Positions 59,485-64,000 of a DNA stretch of 64,000 nt are shown piece by piece. Below the pieces are notes generated by a model. That model was given only the letters and a program-made list of their open reading frames with translations. It was not told the DNA's origin and did not search any database. The DNA is from a virus (Duplodnaviria > Caudoviricetes). How positions within the stretch are numbered: position 1 is the first letter of the stretch; each line of letters starts with the position of its first letter. The stretch spans positions 35,347 through 99,346 of IMG/VR virus record IMGVR_UViG_2675903043_000002. One strand, written 5' to 3'. Both the position numbers and the translations under genes were made by a program.

Positions 59485-59936
59485 TGGTCACCTCGCTTGC
59501 CAATCAGGCCAAAGAACAGGGGGCCACCACCCCAGTGCGTGCCCGTGATGTGACGGGCGACCGCAGTCAAGCTCTTGAACGAGCGCCCCTCGTATTCGAA
59601 TAATCCCTCGGCCGTGACCATCACGCGGTGTTCGCGCTCGCCCCATTCGCGCAATAGCACCGTTCCTGGGGCAAAATTAAATTCACGCGGCTTGGCACGC
59701 AACTTGATCCTGGAGTGTTTGGCACCAATCGCCTCTAAACGCTCCCTTGTGGCTGTGGCGAGCCCGCCAAAGGCTTCCTCTTGGATCTTATAGGCGATGC
59801 GCGATTCGACATGAGAGCGATTCGGATACTCTGGTCGTCGTGTGAAATAACGGTCCCACAGTTGCCAGAGTTCGGACATGGGGAGACTTGGTAGTTCTGC
59901 AATACGTGCAGCTACCGATGTTGGTTTATCGCTCAT
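59481..59936 (-). CDS. DUF2924 protein
   Basis: RIAYKIQE.AFGGL, PGTVLLREW, SLTAVARHITGTHW.GP.FFGL. Confidence 0.85.
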   Translation of the reverse strand: MSDKPTSVAARIAELPSLPMSELWQLWDRYFTRRPEYPNRSHVESRIAYKIQEEAFGGLATATRERLEAIGAKHSRIKLRAKPREFNFAPGTVLLREWGEREHRVMVTAEGLFEYEGRSFKSLTAVARHITGTHWGGGPLFFGLIGKRGDQ

Positions 59937-59975
59937 TGCAACCTCTCTTTTCTAGATAACGGGTTTGTATGAACG

Positions 59976-60115
59976 TATATGGACTCCTCCGTTTTGCGTG
60001 AAATTTTTTTGATCTGGCATGGCTGAAACACTTGCACTCGTATATCCGGCCTGTAACGGGAGCTTTCTTGTCTCCCTGACCTTGATGGAAATTCGCGGCT
60101 GGGGCCTCATCGCTC
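59976..60115 (-). mobile_element. IS1111-type (IS110 family) right non-coding end remnant
   Basis: Minus strand reads ...TTCCATCAAGG...AGGCCGGATATACG...GGAGGAGTCCATATA. Confidence 0.5.
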
Positions 60116-60583
60116 TGTCTTGGTGGCGCCAAAGCCCACACAGACCGGCAGGCTGGTCCACTGATGGATACGGTTACGTATCGACTGGCCCATGTCGGTA
60201 GCAGTTGGCCAGAGATTGCCCAACCCTTGTAAACCCAGGAAACATTCGTCGATGGAATAGACCTCGACATAGGGGCTGAAATCACGCAGGATGGTCATTA
60301 CCCGGTCAGACATATCGCCGTAGAGCGTATAGTTGGATGAAAGCGCAATGATGCCATGTTGTCTTACCAAATCCTTGAGCTGGAACCAGGGCGTGCCCAT
60401 TTTGACGCCTAGCGCCTTGACTTCATTGGAGCGGGCCACTGCACAGCCATCGTTATTGGAGAGCACTACGACCGGTCGATTGATCAGATGCGGATTAAAA
60501 GCCCTCTCGCAACTGACATAAAAATTATTGACGTCTACCAAAGCGAAGAGTGGTCTACTGACGAGAGTGATGTCAGTTGACAT
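60116..60583 (-). pseudogene. umuC: umuC copy 2, truncated after GFGATKT
   Basis: Collinear with copy 1 up to 60116, then unrelated sequence. Confidence 0.9.
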
Positions 60584-60585
60584 GA

Positions 60586-61056
60586 TCACACGATAAAACG
60601 TGCTACTGTTCCCACTACAACCCCCCATACCTGCAATTCCTCGTTTTCGCGAAAACGGATGGGTGGATAAGCTGGATTCTCAGCGTGCAGTTCGATCACG
60701 CCATTGCAGGCATACAGTCGCTTGACAGTATATTCATTGTTGATCACTGCCAGTACAATATGCCCGTGTTTAGGTTCAACCGAGCGATCCACCACCAGCA
60801 TATCGCCATCGTGGATATGGGCACCCGTCATGGAATGACCGATGACACGAAAGAAATAGGTCGCTGCTTTGTTACGTATCAGATAACTATTGAGATCCAG
60901 CTTTTTATCAATATAATCTTCTGCAGGAGATGAAAACCCAGCGGGAATTCGATACTGCAATAACGGCAGCATACAAACGGCAGGATCAATTTCGGCTCGC
61001 TGTAAGCGAGGGGGCGCAGATGCGCTCGTAGGCTTAAAGGGAACGATGGTGGTCAT
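60586..61056 (-). CDS. umuD: UmuD (copy 2)
   Basis: Near-identical to 37651-38121. Confidence 0.92.
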   Translation of the reverse strand: MTTIVPFKPTSASAPPRLQRAEIDPAVCMLPLLQYRIPAGFSSPAEDYIDKKLDLNSYLIRNKAATYFFRVIGHSMTGAHIHDGDMLVVDRSVEPKHGHIVLAVINNEYTVKRLYACNGVIELHAENPAYPPIRFRENEELQVWGVVVGTVARFIV

Positions 61057-61130
61057 GATGGGTCCTCCTTAATAGACGATGATGCCGATAGTATAAAACA
61101 CTCATTTGACTAACCAAAATGTGAGGAGAT

Positions 61131-61805
61131 ATGTGCGGACGGTTTGCCCTGGCTTATCCTCGCTCCCAACTGATCGACTGGTACCACGCAGTGTCGATGC
61201 CGGAGATGGAGCCGCGCTATAACATTGCCCCCACCACCGATATTCTGGTCATCCGTGACAGCGACAAAGGCCGGCAAGGATCGATGATGCGCTGGGGGCT
61301 GATCCCTCCTTGGGCCAAGGAGACTAGGAAGCTGCCTTTGCTGTTCAATGCTCGCGCTGAATCATTAGCAAGCAAACCCATGTTCAGACAAGCGTTTCGC
61401 AGCCGACGCTGTCTCGTTCCTGCTTCCGGATTCTATGAATGGAAAAAGTCGGCAGAGGGAGCTAGCAAGCAACCCTTCTATATTTCGGCCAAGGACGGCC
61501 CCCTTTCCTTCGCAGGACTATGGGAAAGCGCGACGATCGATGAAACAGTCATCCATAGCTGCACGATCATCACCACGGACAGTAGCAGCTTGATGCGCCC
61601 AATTCATGACCGCATGCCAGTGATTCTCCCGCGTGAAGTATGGGATACCTGGTTATCCTCTTCACAGTTACCGGATGAGGCTCTTTTGTCGCTACTGCAA
61701 CCTTATTCTTCAGAACAAATGCAATTATGGCAAGTCTCCCCTGCTGTGGGACGAGTAAGTCACGAGGGAGCGCAGCTGATTCAGCCGATCGATGACCAAG
61801 GATGA
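61131..61805 (+). CDS. SRAP family protein (copy 2)
   Basis: MCGRF and other motifs; paralog of 38196-38870. Confidence 0.95.
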   Translation: MCGRFALAYPRSQLIDWYHAVSMPEMEPRYNIAPTTDILVIRDSDKGRQGSMMRWGLIPPWAKETRKLPLLFNARAESLASKPMFRQAFRSRRCLVPASGFYEWKKSAEGASKQPFYISAKDGPLSFAGLWESATIDETVIHSCTIITTDSSSLMRPIHDRMPVILPREVWDTWLSSSQLPDEALLSLLQPYSSEQMQLWQVSPAVGRVSHEGAQLIQPIDDQG

Positions 61806-64000
61806 GCACTCCTTCAAATTCACCTCATAGTGCTGACAATCCTCTGGAAAAACTGCAGGGGTCGGTCGAACGCGTCACCTTTCATAGCGAATCCTCGGGT
61901 TTCTGTGTGTTGCGCGTTAAAGTCAAAGGTCAGAGAGAACTCATCACCGTAATTGGTTCAGCGGCTTCGGTCACAGCGGGTGAATATATCGAATGTGCAG
62001 GTTTCTGGGTCAATGACCGGCAACATGGTCAGCAATTTAAAACGATCTCGATAAAAATCGTCCCGCCTACCACCCTTGATGGGATAGAGAAATATCTGGG
62101 CTCCGGCATGATCAAAGGAATTGGCCCTCATTTTGCTAAGAAACTGGTCAGAGCCTTTGGAGCAGAGGTGTTTGATGTCATCGAACTCACGCCAGAGCGG
62201 CTGTTGACGTTACCCGGCATCGGCAAGAAACGGTTAGAACGGGTCACCAGTGCCTGGGCTGAACAAAAAGTGATCCGCGAAATCATGGTGTTCCTGCAAT
62301 CGCATGGGGTCGGCACCTCACGCTCGGTGCGTATCTACAAAACCTATGGCGAACAAGCCATCGAAAAAGTCAGAGAAAACCCTTATCGATTGGCTCTGGA
62401 CATTCACGGTATTGGTTTCAAAACCGCCGATACGCTCGCACAAAAGCTTGGGATTGCACCGGACTCCCTGATCCGGGCACAAGCCGGCGTGCGTCATGTA
62501 TTGCAAGAATGGTCCAACGAAGGACATTGTGCCGCAGCACGCGATACTTTGCGCGATATGGCGGCGAAGCTCTTGGAAATACCTGCGCCGGTGATCGAGG
62601 AAGGCATCACTGCCGAGCTCGTGGAGGGCAATCTGACAGCGGAAACCATCGATCAGCACGAATTCATTTTTCTGACTCCTCTTTATCGAGCCGAAGTGGG
62701 ATGCGCCAATCACCTGCTGCGCCTCAATCAAGGTGAGCCGCCCTGGGGGGCCATTGATGCCCAAAAGGCGGTTCCCTGGGTCGAAGAACAGACGGGGCTG
62801 ACTTTATCAGCCTCCCAGCGTGCTGCCATCGAATTGATGCTGCAGCATAAAGTAACGGTGATCACGGGCGGCCCAGGGGTGGGTAAAACCACGTTGGTCA
62901 ACAGCATCCTGAAGATCCTGAAAGCCAAACAGATCAATATTGCATTGTGCGCACCTACCGGCAGAGCAGCCAAACGCCTTGCTGAATCCACCGGGCTGGA
63001 AGCCAAAACCGTCCACCGCTTACTTGAGTTTGACCCTGCCATCTTTGCTTTCAAGCATAACGAAGAGTTTCCGCTGGAATTGGATTGCCTGGTCATCGAT
63101 GAATCCTCCATGATGGATGTGACGTTGATGAATCAGTTATTGAAATCCGTGCCTTCAAGTGCAGCACTATTGATTGTGGGGGATGTGGACCAACTACCAT
63201 CCGTGGGGCCGGGCGCGGTATTGGCGGACATCATCGACTCGGGGAGAATTGCCACCGTCAGGTTGACCGAGATTTTTAGGCAGGCGAGCACATCAAAAAT
63301 CATTACCAATTCACACCGGATCAATCAGGGGATGCTACCCATAAGCCATAATGCTCAGGATCTGAGTGACTTTTATTGCCTCTATGCTGAGACGCCCGAG
63401 GAGATTTTTAGCAAATTGATGCAAGTGGTATTAGAGCGCATACCGCAGCGCTTTAACCTGCATCCCGTCAATGACATACAAGTGCTGGCACCGATGAATC
63501 GAGGGGGGCTGGGCGCACGCTCACTCAACATTGAACTGCAGCAGCGATTAAATGGAGTAAGTGAACCCAAGGTTACTCGTTACGGTTCGGTATATGCGCC
63601 AGGTGATAAAGTCATCCAGCAGGTCAACAACTACGACAAGGAAGTATTTAACGGGGATATTGGGGTGGTGCTTTCCGTAGATGTTGAAGAGAGCCTATTG
63701 CAAATCCAGTTTGATGAGCGCGTCGTAGATTACGAATTTAATGAACTCGATGAAATCTCTTTGGCCTACGCTATCAGTATTCATAAAGCACAAGGTTCCG
63801 AATACCCTGCTGTGGTCATCCCCCTGGCAATGCAGCATTACATGCTTTTGGAGCGAAACCTGCTCTATACCGGGGTTACCCGTGGCAAGCAGCTGGTCGT
63901 CATCATTGCGCAACCCAAAGCATTGGCCATGGCAATCAAGACTCAACGTTCCCAACGCAGGGTCACTAATCTGATTTCCCGTCTTTCAGAAATTGTCTGA
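61802..64000 (+). CDS. recD2: RecD2-like helicase (copy 2)
   Basis: 732 aa, paralog of 38867-41065, ends at TGA 64000. Confidence 0.93.
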   Translation: MSTPSNSPHSADNPLEKLQGSVERVTFHSESSGFCVLRVKVKGQRELITVIGSAASVTAGEYIECAGFWVNDRQHGQQFKTISIKIVPPTTLDGIEKYLGSGMIKGIGPHFAKKLVRAFGAEVFDVIELTPERLLTLPGIGKKRLERVTSAWAEQKVIREIMVFLQSHGVGTSRSVRIYKTYGEQAIEKVRENPYRLALDIHGIGFKTADTLAQKLGIAPDSLIRAQAGVRHVLQEWSNEGHCAAARDTLRDMAAKLLEIPAPVIEEGITAELVEGNLTAETIDQHEFIFLTPLYRAEVGCANHLLRLNQGEPPWGAIDAQKAVPWVEEQTGLTLSASQRAAIELMLQHKVTVITGGPGVGKTTLVNSILKILKAKQINIALCAPTGRAAKRLAESTGLEAKTVHRLLEFDPAIFAFKHNEEFPLELDCLVIDESSMMDVTLMNQLLKSVPSSAALLIVGDVDQLPSVGPGAVLADIIDSGRIATVRLTEIFRQASTSKIITNSHRINQGMLPISHNAQDLSDFYCLYAETPEEIFSKLMQVVLERIPQRFNLHPVNDIQVLAPMNRGGLGARSLNIELQQRLNGVSEPKVTRYGSVYAPGDKVIQQVNNYDKEVFNGDIGVVLSVDVEESLLQIQFDERVVDYEFNELDEISLAYAISIHKAQGSEYPAVVIPLAMQHYMLLERNLLYTGVTRGKQLVVIIAQPKALAMAIKTQRSQRRVTNLISRLSEIV

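Larger units (their letters stand above)
60116..63985. repeat. Diverged direct repeat of 37181-41050
   Basis: Constant offset of 22935 at the umuD, SRAP and recD2 boundaries. Confidence 0.95.

Noticed and set aside
53540-60115. Clean recombinase insertion into umuC copy 2
   Set aside because: The 3' half of umuC is not found on the other side of the module, and the junction carries IS-like sequence
1-64000. CRISPR array or rRNA/tRNA genes
   Set aside because: None seen; the 47.6-51.7 kb motif is dispersed and irregularly spaced
60116-64000. Assembly artefact duplication
   Set aside because: The copies differ at many positions, mostly synonymous

Overview
Accessory, mobile-element-rich window from what looks like a betaproteobacterial chromosome (Nitrosomonas-like is only an impression). 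1-1146: 3' half of a group II intron (RT/maturase/HNH plus domains V-VI), apparently inserted in the last codons of a phage portal gene. 1206-18699: head, tail and lysis genes of a lambda-like siphoprophage, with an internal scaffold start, an unannotated -1 frameshift tail chaperone and three consecutive Ig-like tail genes. 19271-35890 (minus strand): a tightly coupled operon that is the best candidate for a new system. Its order is decayed CapW/BrxR-type WYL regulator, small protein, N6-adenine MTase, HsdS-like specificity subunit, 442-aa unknown, ~1430-aa P-loop ATPase, 274-aa unknown, NurA-like protein, HerA ATPase, PD-(D/E)xK-like nuclease, Ser/Thr kinase-TPR, then HrgA. It has no HsdR, PglZ or SMC protein. 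36335-41065: umuC-umuD / SRAP-recD2 cassette, repeated as a diverged, umuC-truncated copy at 60116-64000. 41-53 kb: IS graveyard (IS5, IS256 end, two identically deleted IS630 derivatives, IS982, IS110) with a thermonuclease, an M14 peptidase plus a 911-aa toxin-like protein, and an orphan integron cassette. 53471 onward: a degenerate tmRNA 3' end followed by a second island (GmrSD-like gene, large serine recombinase-DUF2924 module, IS1111 end). All family calls come from motifs read by eye; no searches were run.
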